Shown here piece after piece: positions 55,680 through 63,950 of a stretch of DNA of 64,000 nucleotides. Every line of letters begins with the position of its first letter. Within the stretch, counting starts at the first letter, position 1. A program made the position numbers and the translations under genes. This DNA comes from Bacillota bacterium (GTDB lineage: Bacteria; Bacillota; Sulfobacillia; Sulfobacillales; Sulfobacillaceae): contig JAIMBD010000008.1 in the NCBI GenBank assembly GCA_023511625.1, positions 12,969-76,968 of the forward strand. Reading direction: 5' to 3'. The notes below the pieces were generated by a model that made no database searches, was not told the origin of the DNA, and was given only the letters and a program-made list of their open reading frames with translations.

Positions 55680-57198
55680 GTTGGGGGCGGGGGCCTCCTT
55701 CCTGCGTCACCTCGAGAGCGCGCCGCAGTCTGTCCGCCATGACCTCACGCCAGTGCACGGCGTCGGGCCGGGGCGTTACGGCCACAAACTCGATGTCGGG
55801 GTGGGTGTCGGCGCGCCACACCACCTCCGGCTGCTCGGGAATGATGCAGATCACCGGCGGGTCGAGGTGCCGCGTGCGATACATGAGGGCCGACCAATAC
55901 TGGGACAGCTGCCCCCGAGCGGAGGGGCCGGTGGGTTCATCGGGCCAAAGGCGCTGGCGGGGTTGGTATTTGACTTCCATGATCAAGGCCAAGGGAGCAG
56001 GGAGGTCGCCCCGCCAGTAGGTGAGGAGAAAATCGGGACGGTTGTGCTGACCGCTCATCCACAAGCCATCGGTCTCCTCGGCCCGGCTCCCCTGGTCGGG
56101 GAGCGGCCGATCGTAGTCGAGGAGGAGGGTCCACGGGCCCTGGGTCCAGCGAAAGCGGCTCGCGAGGGGCACCGGGTCGTGTAGGCCCATACGTCGGCCG
56201 AGGCGTACCCAAGTCGGCTCCTCCTGAAGCTTCCAGCCCTGCTCGGCCAAGAGTTGCACCAACTGGCGGAGCACCCAGAGCTCGTAGATCTGCGAGGTGG
56301 GGCGCATACGAGTCAGGTGCGGTCCCCGGCGCTCTGGGGGGCCAAGGCCTCGGCGGAGTTCCTGAAAAGCTGCTTGGGCCCGCCGGTAGCGGCGCCGCCG
56401 CGCGCCCCGTTGGGTCAGTCGCGAAGGGCTTCCCTCGGCGGGCTCGACGGTATCCCACACCGGGTGTTCCAACAAGCGCAAGGCTCGGTGATGCAGCGCC
56501 CGAAGGCGCTGCCGCCGTTCGTCCAGTCCCGCCAAAGCGAGGGGCGCGGCTTCCACCGCCCGCAGGCGCGCGCCTAAGAACCGGGCCAACCATCGCAGTT
56601 GATCCCGCAAGACGCGGTGGTCGCGGGTGTTGAAGGTCAGGCTCGGGGGGCCGGGACGGCGCCGGAATTCCCCTTCCGGCCAAATCAGGACGCGGGTTAA
56701 GGCATCGAGGTAGGCCGCCGCCCGATTCAGATCGGCATCGGCCATCGGCGCGGACCAGTCGGCGTGGGCCAATACCCCTTCCTGGTATTCCCGGCACAAG
56801 CCGGGGACCCAGGACTCCAGTTCGGCGATCATGTGTTCGGGAAAGGACGCATAGTGAGGGCGTTGCGGCTTGACCTCGATGCGGCCCTCCCATAAGACGT
56901 GGTCGCGAAGACGTACCGCCACGGCATACGAGCCCGGAAACCAAAGGGCCTTGGGTTGGTCCCACTCCAGCATCTGGCCGGCCGGCACCGGATCCAACCC
57001 TTCCACAACCAGAGTCGCCGCTTCTGGCCCCTCCCACCGTAGCTGAAACCGGTCATATTCCCGAAGCTCGAGGTGGGCGGGGACAGGCCGCCACTCTCCC
57101 CATGTCCACCCCTCGGTGGGATTCCCCTGGCGCCGCCGCCACTCGACCCGAATGGCTGGCGGCGTGGATTCGTGGCGCACGGCGTATTCAGAGGACAA
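55672..57198 (-). CDS. PD-(D/E)xK nuclease-domain protein (DUF2357/DUF524-like McrC substitute)
   Basis: AAGGAGG SD 6 nt before TTG 57198. The C-terminal RPDFLLTYWRGDLPAPLALIMEVKYQ is a D...E-x-K signature. It lies directly downstream of the McrB-like gene. Confidence 0.8.
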   Translation of the reverse strand: MSSEYAVRHESTPPAIRVEWRRRQGNPTEGWTWGEWRPVPAHLELREYDRFQLRWEGPEAATLVVEGLDPVPAGQMLEWDQPKALWFPGSYAVAVRLRDHVLWEGRIEVKPQRPHYASFPEHMIAELESWVPGLCREYQEGVLAHADWSAPMADADLNRAAAYLDALTRVLIWPEGEFRRRPGPPSLTFNTRDHRVLRDQLRWLARFLGARLRAVEAAPLALAGLDERRQRLRALHHRALRLLEHPVWDTVEPAEGSPSRLTQRGARRRRYRRAQAAFQELRRGLGPPERRGPHLTRMRPTSQIYELWVLRQLVQLLAEQGWKLQEEPTWVRLGRRMGLHDPVPLASRFRWTQGPWTLLLDYDRPLPDQGSRAEETDGLWMSGQHNRPDFLLTYWRGDLPAPLALIMEVKYQPRQRLWPDEPTGPSARGQLSQYWSALMYRTRHLDPPVICIIPEQPEVVWRADTHPDIEFVAVTPRPDAVHWREVMADRLRRALEVTQEGGPRPQHV

Positions 57199-58822
57199 GG
57201 CCAGCCTCCTTCATCTCTTGAATCTCCTCCAACACCGCCAAAGACCGCTCGAGCGCACCCCACGGTGAAGCCTGGAGAAGCCCTCGAAGCGCGGGCAGCG
57301 CCTCGGCGAAATACTCCCATTCGATGCCGGCCCCGCGGAATCGGGAGAGGACGCGGGCGGCGAAGACCTCGTCCCACGCCTTGGCCGCCGTCCAGTGGTC
57401 GGGACCGGCTACCGCCGGCACCGCTCCGACTATCGCCCGCATGGCGTCGAGCGCTCGCCAGCCCACGAGCGGGCGGCGTCGCACAGCGTTTAAGCGGTCA
57501 AAGAAGGCATACTCCTCGGCCGAAAGTGCCGCGGGCGGCGGAGCGAGAGGAAGCGAGACCGGAGGCAAGGGTGGCGGAGGAGCCGATTCGCCGCGTTGAA
57601 AGCGGGCGTGGCGGAGGACGATGTAGGTCACGCGGTCCAAAAACTTGTCGGTCAGCCCATGCGAGGCCTCATCCAAGTTGACGGTGCCGATCCAGTAGAG
57701 GTTCTTCCCGATGGATACGCGCGGCGGGTATCGGTGGCGGTTCAGGCACGAATTTTCCTCATCGGGGGGATAAAGAGGCCACCCGCCGGTATCCGCCGGG
57801 TGCTCCCACAAGCTGAGCCAGGGGGCGAGATAATGTTCGACCCGCGCCAGGTTGAGCTCGTCGAGACACACCACGTGCGGGAGCGCCGGATACTCGGCGG
57901 CATGGAGCAGGACGTTGACGAGATTCCCGAGCGCAGGCCGAAAGAGGCGGGCGGTGGGATCGTAATGGCCGATGACCTGCTCGGAGGAGACCCAGGAGGG
58001 CTCCACCGTCAACCAGGCCAGACGACTGTCGGATTGACGGCATTCGAGATAACCAGCGAGGGCCAAGGCCAGACTCGACTTTCCCAACCCCCCGGTGCCG
58101 CTCAAGACCACGAATTGCCCCGCGGCGAGGCTGGCCAGGAACAACACCAAGTCGTCGGGGTCAAAGACCAAACCGCGGCGCCGGACAAAGTTTAGAAAGG
58201 CTGGAAGCGGCCACTCTACCGCCTTCTCGGCAGGTGCGGTCGCCACGGGGCCGTTGGTTTCGCGGGACATCCGAATTCCTTGTGGACGGCGGGGGAGGAA
58301 CCATCCTTCCTCCTCGCGAATAGCGTCGGCGGGCGGGTTTTCGAACGTCACCGGGGACTGGCGGACGGCCAGATAATATCCCGTGCCTTGCTTTTTTAGG
58401 GTCAATCCGCGGACCACCTTGCCCTCGGCGATGGCCCGCACTTCGCGCGGAGGAGGATCGGCGACGGGACCACGCCAGCGCTCGCGGTGCTCGGCCAGGT
58501 AGGACTCGACCGCAAACGGCGTGGAAGCGGGGATGACCGGGCACCATTCGTATCCGTCCGCGGCGGGCACGGGATGGAGCGCCAGGTGTTTGACCCCCTC
58601 CCCGTCGACTTCGTACGTGACGGTGGTCTCGGCCAGAAAGGCGCTGAGGGTCTGCGACTTCCGCCACCACCCGTTGCGCGAGCGGTCGACGACCCGGGCG
58701 AGTTCGGCCGCGTCGACGGAAAAGGTGGCGGCGTCGGGCCATACCTGTTCGATCTGCAGGGTGGGCAGGTCCTCGCTGCGCTCGGGCAGGTGGTGGAGCC
58801 GCAACCGGCCTACATGCCGCAT
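57188..58822 (-). CDS. McrB-type AAA+ NTPase with an uncharacterised ~230-aa N-terminal domain
   Basis: Walker A VVLSGTGGLGKSSLA, Walker B HVVCLDELNLARVEHY, and the McrB-family segment LYWIGTVNLDEASHGLTDKFLDRV. Confidence 0.85.
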   Translation of the reverse strand: MRHVGRLRLHHLPERSEDLPTLQIEQVWPDAATFSVDAAELARVVDRSRNGWWRKSQTLSAFLAETTVTYEVDGEGVKHLALHPVPAADGYEWCPVIPASTPFAVESYLAEHRERWRGPVADPPPREVRAIAEGKVVRGLTLKKQGTGYYLAVRQSPVTFENPPADAIREEEGWFLPRRPQGIRMSRETNGPVATAPAEKAVEWPLPAFLNFVRRRGLVFDPDDLVLFLASLAAGQFVVLSGTGGLGKSSLALALAGYLECRQSDSRLAWLTVEPSWVSSEQVIGHYDPTARLFRPALGNLVNVLLHAAEYPALPHVVCLDELNLARVEHYLAPWLSLWEHPADTGGWPLYPPDEENSCLNRHRYPPRVSIGKNLYWIGTVNLDEASHGLTDKFLDRVTYIVLRHARFQRGESAPPPPLPPVSLPLAPPPAALSAEEYAFFDRLNAVRRRPLVGWRALDAMRAIVGAVPAVAGPDHWTAAKAWDEVFAARVLSRFRGAGIEWEYFAEALPALRGLLQASPWGALERSLAVLEEIQEMKEAGLVL

Positions 58823-59355
58823 CCCGGCTCTCCTTTCTCCAGCAAAAACTGGCGGCAGATGGCACTTAAGGTGTTGACGAAATCAGAATAAAAATTGTCC
58901 GGAAGGGGACCGACGCGCTGGTCGTCTGCGATCAGCCGGTCTACGGCGGATTTGACCTCGTTGAGCTCCCGTTGCAGACCCTCGACTGCACCCTGTAGCT
59001 CCCGCATCCGGCTTGCGGTCTCGCGCATGACGGCCAGAAGTTCCTCCCGCAGGTCGTGGGCGGCCTCTACCATGTCTGCCAAGGACCGGTCAGGCGCCTC
59101 TGCCTTGGGTTGGGGAGACGACGCTGGAGGTATCGGGTCGGGCCGAGCGTAGTGCTCGAGGAAGTGGAGAGCCAAGGGATGGCCCTGGCGGGCGAGTTCG
59201 GTCATGGCCGAACGAAACCGGAGAAGGTTTTTGGGCTTTATCTCATAGCCAGTAAACCGCGGCAGCCCCATTTTCTGGGCACGTCGTGCAAAATCCAGAA
59301 TCAAATTATCGGGCACGGAGGCCACCTGCGTTTCGGGATCAGGGGCGGCGTGCAT
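58810..59355 (-). CDS. Hypothetical protein: small N-domain, Pro-rich linker and coiled coil
   Basis: ATG 59355 follows AAGGAA. The C-terminal heptad-like segment is DLREELLAVMRETASRMRELQGAVEGLQRELNEVKSAVDRLI. It overlaps both neighbours. Confidence 0.6.
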   Translation of the reverse strand: MHAAPDPETQVASVPDNLILDFARRAQKMGLPRFTGYEIKPKNLLRFRSAMTELARQGHPLALHFLEHYARPDPIPPASSPQPKAEAPDRSLADMVEAAHDLREELLAVMRETASRMRELQGAVEGLQRELNEVKSAVDRLIADDQRVGPLPDNFYSDFVNTLSAICRQFLLEKGEPGCGM

Positions 59356-59500
59356 GAGCGGTTCCTTTCCAACTGGCGATGGCTTCTTTGAGCCAGTCAA
59401 TCTCTTCCTGTAGGAAGGCGACCATTTCGGCCTCGAGGTGCTCGGTGCGCCGTTCGACCTGTTTCCACGCTGTAATCCGCAAACCGGAAAGTTTCCGCAT
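59339..59500 (-). CDS. Small (53-aa) helical ORF heading the operon
   Basis: GGAGGG SD 7 nt before ATG 59500. MRKLSGLRITAWKQVERRTEHLEAEMVAFLQEEIDWLKEAIASW. It overlaps the next gene by 17 nt. Confidence 0.4.
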   Translation of the reverse strand: MRKLSGLRITAWKQVERRTEHLEAEMVAFLQEEIDWLKEAIASWKGTAHARRP

Positions 59501-59548
59501 GGAATTCCCTCCAAAGGGAAAAGTTTCTAGGAAAAGAATTCTCCAAGT

Positions 59549-59945
59549 GCTGTCGAAATTCCTGCCGATTTTTGGCTCATCGGGGAAGGTACCGGGGGTC
59601 GGGCGTATGGAAGGTCCACCCCTCCATGGCGGTCCGCCCGGCGCCGAGGTTTGAGGACGAAAGACTCCTGAAGTCCAAGACACAGTAAGCCAGCAGGAAA
59701 AATCCCCGGCGGTTGCAGTCAAAATCAATACCCCCTGGGAGAATGGGGTGCGGCAGGGCAGAAACGCCCCTCGCAGCCGTGGCCTTGCCACAGTCCCCGG
59801 GGCCTGCAACCCGGTTCGGGCGCACATGGCCGGATTTGCAGGTGCAACGCCGGTGGCGGGCCACGCGTCGGCGATGGCGGCGGCCGTGGGCACGTTGGTG
59901 AGCCCCTCCGCCCGCTTGATTTGGCCGGGTTTGATGCGGTTGCCA
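59549..59945. repeat. Degenerate duplicate (copy 1) of the xdh 3' end plus its downstream flank
   Basis: Colinear matches to 60669-61015: gctgtcRaaMttcctgccgatt (59549 / 60669), ggcgtatggaa (59602 / 60703), and a 30-nt perfect block ggcgatggcggcggccgtgggcacgttggt (59870-59899 / 60940-60969). Confidence 0.7.
59765..59945 (-). pseudogene. 3'-terminal fragment of a molybdopterin-binding dehydrogenase gene (paralogous copy of the 60838-62931 C-terminus)
   Basis: The minus-strand translation GNRIKPGQIKRAEGLTNVPTAAAIADAWPATGV matches GPNNIKGVGELTNVPTAAAIANAVAAATGV of the intact gene. Confidence 0.6.
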
Positions 59946-60189
59946 CTTACTGTCGAGTCGGGCAAGCCCAATCCAGTGCAGTCGAACCCTGCCCCACGCC
60001 GAGCCACGGGGTGGTCCTTGAGAAAATTCCCTTAAGTGATTTGTTCCGTCGTCTCCTCCTTGGCGTAAGATGGGGTCAAAGAGTGGTCTTCTGGGTCCGG
60101 GTTAGACGAGAGGGTGGCCGCCTTCCCTCACCGGCAATCCCCCAAAGTTTGGCGGCTGCCTTACTGTCGTAAGGGAGTATGGGCGCCGG

Positions 60190-60423
60190 ATGAATGTTTG
60201 TTATACCGCTCACGCTCGGGAACGGATGAAGGAACGCGGCGTCACGGAGGAGGAAGTGGAGGAGTGCTTAAGATCGCCCGACGTCACGTATCCTGACGGA
60301 AATGGGAACGTCAATGCTGTCAAGCATGGAATCCGCGTCGTTTACAGAGACGACGGCCACAGGAAGAGGGTGATCACCGTTGTCCGGCGAGGAGCCTTTT
60401 CTCCGGGATCCGATCGCGTCTAA
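60190..60423 (+). CDS. DUF4258-family toxin-like protein
   Basis: YTAHARERMKERGVTEEEVEECL... fits the DUF4258 pattern. 77 aa. Confidence 0.7.
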   Translation: MNVCYTAHARERMKERGVTEEEVEECLRSPDVTYPDGNGNVNAVKHGIRVVYRDDGHRKRVITVVRRGAFSPGSDRV

Positions 60424-60637
60424 TTACGATGAGGAAGCCGATGCCCTTTATCTTCGGTATCGCACCCTCCCCGTGGCCTTCCAAGAGGAGGTCACCCCCT
60501 CGGTCATTGTCGACCGCGGGCCGGCGCGCGAGGTGGTGGGGGTCGAGGTCTTGGCTCCGCGTCGGAACGCGGCGGATGCCATGCGGTGGTTGCGGGCGCA
60601 CCGTTTGGACGTGGGCCCGCTTAGGTCGTGGGCATAG
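60380..60637 (+). CDS. DUF2283-family antitoxin-like protein
   Basis: NYDEEADALYLRY......E....VIVD....EVVGVEVL fits the DUF2283 pattern. It overlaps the upstream gene by 44 nt. Confidence 0.65.
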   Translation: MSGEEPFLRDPIASNYDEEADALYLRYRTLPVAFQEEVTPSVIVDRGPAREVVGVEVLAPRRNAADAMRWLRAHRLDVGPLRSWA

Positions 60638-60668
60638 CAGGGACGCTGCGGGATTGGGGCGTTCCCGG

Positions 60669-61015
60669 GCTGTCAAACTTCCTGCCGATTGGAATATGCC
60701 GTGGCGTATGGAAACGCAGTGGGCGGAGTCCCGCAGGGTCGGGGCGCAGGGATGCTGTTCCTTGCATAACCCTACGCAGGCGAACAAGCCCCGCCGCCCA
60801 AACCGGCGCGGCGGGGCCGGCAAGATGCCGAAACGCGTCATCCGGCCGCCGTGCCTTCGGCGGCCAACGCCCAAAACAGGCGCTCGGCACTCAGTGGCAG
60901 GGTGCGCAGGCGCACGCCGGTGGCGGCCGCCACGGCGTTGGCGATGGCGGCGGCCGTGGGCACGTTGGTCAGCTCGCCCACGCCCTTGATGTTGTTCGGC
61001 CCGATCCCCTTGCCC
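60669..61015. repeat. Copy 2 of the degenerate duplication (native xdh 3' end plus flank)
   Basis: See 59549-59945. Confidence 0.7.
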
Positions 61016-62931
61016 CCTTCCACCAGCACGATGCGAAACGGGGGGAGGTCCCGGCTTGAGGGGATCTTGAACTCGCCGAGGTTGGCCGCCGTCACGCGCC
61101 CATCTTCGAGGCCCACGTCTTCCATCACGGCAAACCCGTACCCCATGGCCAGTCCTCCCTCCAGTTGAATTTGATGGGCCACGGGGTTGATGATGTCGGC
61201 CACGTCCACCGCTGCGACCAGGTTCAGCACGCGAATCTCGCCGGTTTCGGGGTCGACCGCCACCTCCGCCACTTCGGCGCAGTAGGAGGTGACGGGCGGC
61301 ACCTCCTCAGGGCGGACGATGACTTCCACTGCCTCCGTCCCGCCGCGGGCGCGAAATGCGGCCAGGGCCTGGTCCAGGGCCTGGAGCAGGGTGACGGTGA
61401 CCCAACTGCCGCCGACTCCGTCGTCATGCGGCAGTTCGCTGGTCGAACCCTGCCGGACCCGCACTTTTTCCGGCGGCAGAGCCAAGGCCCGGACCAAGGC
61501 GCGGTGCACCACCGTGTGCGAGCCCGTGCCGGTCTCGGGCGTGGGGATGACGGCCGTGACTGCGCCGTCGGCCTCGGGCTCAAGCCTAAGGCTCGTCGAG
61601 ACGGGGCGAGTGCCGCGGTTGTAGAGGGCGACGCCCAACCCGTAGCGCCACCCCGCCGGAATCGGGGGGCGGGCGACGGCGGCGAGCGCAGCATCGAGGG
61701 TCTCGAGCCCTCGGTGTTCGAGGGCGCGATGTCCGTGGGCGTCGGCCTCGCCGGTGGTGAGAAGATTGTTCCGGCGCAATGTGATGGGGTCGATGCCGAC
61801 CTTGGCCGCGAGTTCATCTAAGGCCGACTCTACCGCGAAGACGGTCTGCGGCGAGCCCGGCGCACGCATGTGGCCACCGGGCAGGGTGTGGGTGTAGGCG
61901 ATGCGGGAGCGGATGGCGAGAGCCGGAATGCGGTAGGGGCTTCCGGCCTCTCGCACCCCGAAGAGCTCCACGGAAGGCACGGGTTTGTAGCCGGCGTAGG
62001 CGCCGCCGTTAAAAAGGGCGTCGACACAAAGCGCCGTAAGCCGACCCGAGGCGTCGGCCCCGAGCCGCACGCGGATACGGCCGGCGTGGCGGGAATCGGT
62101 GGCTGCGAGGTCCTCGTTGTAGCGGAGCTGAAGGCGCACCGGCCGCCCGAGCCGCCGCGCGAGCTCAAGGCACAGCACCGGCTCGACCACCGACCCCTTG
62201 CCGCCAAAGTCCCCGCCGATGGCCACTGGGTGCACCTCCACCGTTTCCGGGGCGACGCCGTACACCGCCGCCACCTGCGCGCGGAGGCGATAGGGAGATT
62301 TGTTGGTCACCCAAAGGTGCATCTTGCCGTCAGGGTCGACCTCGGCCAAAAAGGCCTGGGGCTCGAGATATCCATGCTGGCCGGCAGGGGTGGTGTAGAT
62401 TTGGTCGACGACGTGGGCCGAGGCGGAAAGCGCCGCCTCGACGTCCCCGCCGCGCCGGATGTCCACCACCGACTGGAGGTTGGGGCCGGATTCAGGGGTG
62501 ACGACGGCCCCTGGATAGGCCCACGGTTCGGAATGGACCCGGGGCGCGTCGGGGGCGAGGGCCTGCTCGGGGTCGAGGACGGCCGAGAGGGGTTCGTAGT
62601 CCACGCGAACCTTGGCTGCGGCCCGGTCCGCGAGCGTCCGGCTTTCGGCTACCACCACGGCTACCGGTTCGCCGGCGTAGCGTGCCTGTTCTCGGGCCAG
62701 GAGGGGGACGTCTTGGACGATGCGCCCATAGGTGCGGGCGGGGAAGTCTTCGGCCGTAAAGACGCCGAGGACCCCGGGCAGCGCACGGGCGGCCGCGGCG
62801 TCGATGTGCACGATGCGGGCATGGGGGAAAGGGCTTCGCACCAAGGCGGCGTGGCAAAGACGGGGGCGGGCGACGTCGGCGGTGTAGGCCATGGTGCCAC
62901 GGACTTTGGCGGGGGCGTCGATGCGCGGCAT
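60838..62931 (-). CDS. Xanthine dehydrogenase/aldehyde oxidase-family molybdopterin-binding subunit
   Basis: AAGGAGG SD plus ATG 62931. RIDAPAKVRGTMAYTAD...RSPFPHARI..ID, GGDFGGKG, and the C-terminal GVGELTNVPTAAAIANAV. Confidence 0.9.
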   Translation of the reverse strand: MPRIDAPAKVRGTMAYTADVARPRLCHAALVRSPFPHARIVHIDAAAARALPGVLGVFTAEDFPARTYGRIVQDVPLLAREQARYAGEPVAVVVAESRTLADRAAAKVRVDYEPLSAVLDPEQALAPDAPRVHSEPWAYPGAVVTPESGPNLQSVVDIRRGGDVEAALSASAHVVDQIYTTPAGQHGYLEPQAFLAEVDPDGKMHLWVTNKSPYRLRAQVAAVYGVAPETVEVHPVAIGGDFGGKGSVVEPVLCLELARRLGRPVRLQLRYNEDLAATDSRHAGRIRVRLGADASGRLTALCVDALFNGGAYAGYKPVPSVELFGVREAGSPYRIPALAIRSRIAYTHTLPGGHMRAPGSPQTVFAVESALDELAAKVGIDPITLRRNNLLTTGEADAHGHRALEHRGLETLDAALAAVARPPIPAGWRYGLGVALYNRGTRPVSTSLRLEPEADGAVTAVIPTPETGTGSHTVVHRALVRALALPPEKVRVRQGSTSELPHDDGVGGSWVTVTLLQALDQALAAFRARGGTEAVEVIVRPEEVPPVTSYCAEVAEVAVDPETGEIRVLNLVAAVDVADIINPVAHQIQLEGGLAMGYGFAVMEDVGLEDGRVTAANLGEFKIPSSRDLPPFRIVLVEGGKGIGPNNIKGVGELTNVPTAAAIANAVAAATGVRLRTLPLSAERLFWALAAEGTAAG

Positions 62932-62968
62932 ACCGTCCTCCTTTACGCGGTCTACCGGGGGATGGCGA

Positions 62969-63913
62969 TCAGGCGAGGGTGAGGACCACCTTGCCGGTGG
63001 CGGGTTCGCGGAAGAGCGACTCCTGGGCTTCGCCGGCTTGTTCCAAGGGGTAGCGGCGCCCAATGACCGGCCGCGCGAGGCCCGCCTGAAAGAGCCCGGC
63101 CAAGGCGTGGTGGATGCGGACGCGCTCCTCCGGCGTCACCTGGCGGTTGGTGTAGCCGCGCACGGAGACGGTTTTGCCGAGGAGGTCCGGCGTTTGGACC
63201 GTCACCGGACCGGTGGCCCCGATGACCACGATGGTGCCGAGCGGCTTCGCCAACCGAAGGTCGAGGTCGAGCGTCTGTGCGCCGCGCATGGTCAAGATGG
63301 CGGGGTACCCTTCGCCGCTCGTCACCGCCTTGAGCCCCTCAAGGTCGTCGTGAGCCAAGGCCGCCTCGGCCCCATGGGCTTGGACGAGTTCGCGGCCGGC
63401 CTCGGTGGAAGCAGTCCCCACTACTCTGAGCCCGTGCGCGCGCCCGATCTGTACCGCGGCCATCCCGACGCCGCCTGAGGCCCCGTGGACCAAAACCCAG
63501 TCCCCAGGCACCGCGCCGCTCAAGGTAAGCGCCCGCCACGCCGTAAGATAGGGGATGCCGATGGCGGCGCCTTGCTCGAAACTCAAATGCGCGGGGAGCG
63601 GCCACACGGCCGCCTCGGGGGCATTGGTCTCTTCGGCGTAGGTGGGCGCGCCGGCCACGTACACCCGATCGCCGACCTGCACCCGGGTCACCCCGGGGCC
63701 TACGGCTATCACCTCTCCGGCCCCGTCGCTGCCGGGGATGTAGGGGACTGCCGCTTGGCCCACAGCCCCAAGGCGGGTCATGCGGTCTACCGGGTTGACG
63801 CCAGCGGCGTAAAGTCGTACCCGGACCTCGCCTGGCCCCGGTGGTGGCAGAGTCTCTTCTTGCAGGTGCATACCTTCGGGCCCGCCGAGGGCCCGTACCA
63901 CGATCGCCCGCAT
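62969..63913 (-). CDS. NADPH:quinone oxidoreductase / MDR-family zinc-type dehydrogenase
   Basis: MRAIVVRALGGPEGM.L.E...P.PGPGEVRVRLYAAGVNPVD, VLVHGASGGVG, and the ending GKVVLTLA. Confidence 0.85.
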   Translation of the reverse strand: MRAIVVRALGGPEGMHLQEETLPPPGPGEVRVRLYAAGVNPVDRMTRLGAVGQAAVPYIPGSDGAGEVIAVGPGVTRVQVGDRVYVAGAPTYAEETNAPEAAVWPLPAHLSFEQGAAIGIPYLTAWRALTLSGAVPGDWVLVHGASGGVGMAAVQIGRAHGLRVVGTASTEAGRELVQAHGAEAALAHDDLEGLKAVTSGEGYPAILTMRGAQTLDLDLRLAKPLGTIVVIGATGPVTVQTPDLLGKTVSVRGYTNRQVTPEERVRIHHALAGLFQAGLARPVIGRRYPLEQAGEAQESLFREPATGKVVLTLA

Positions 63914-63950
63914 TCCAGCGTTCGCCTCCTCGTCTCGGATGTCTCCCACT

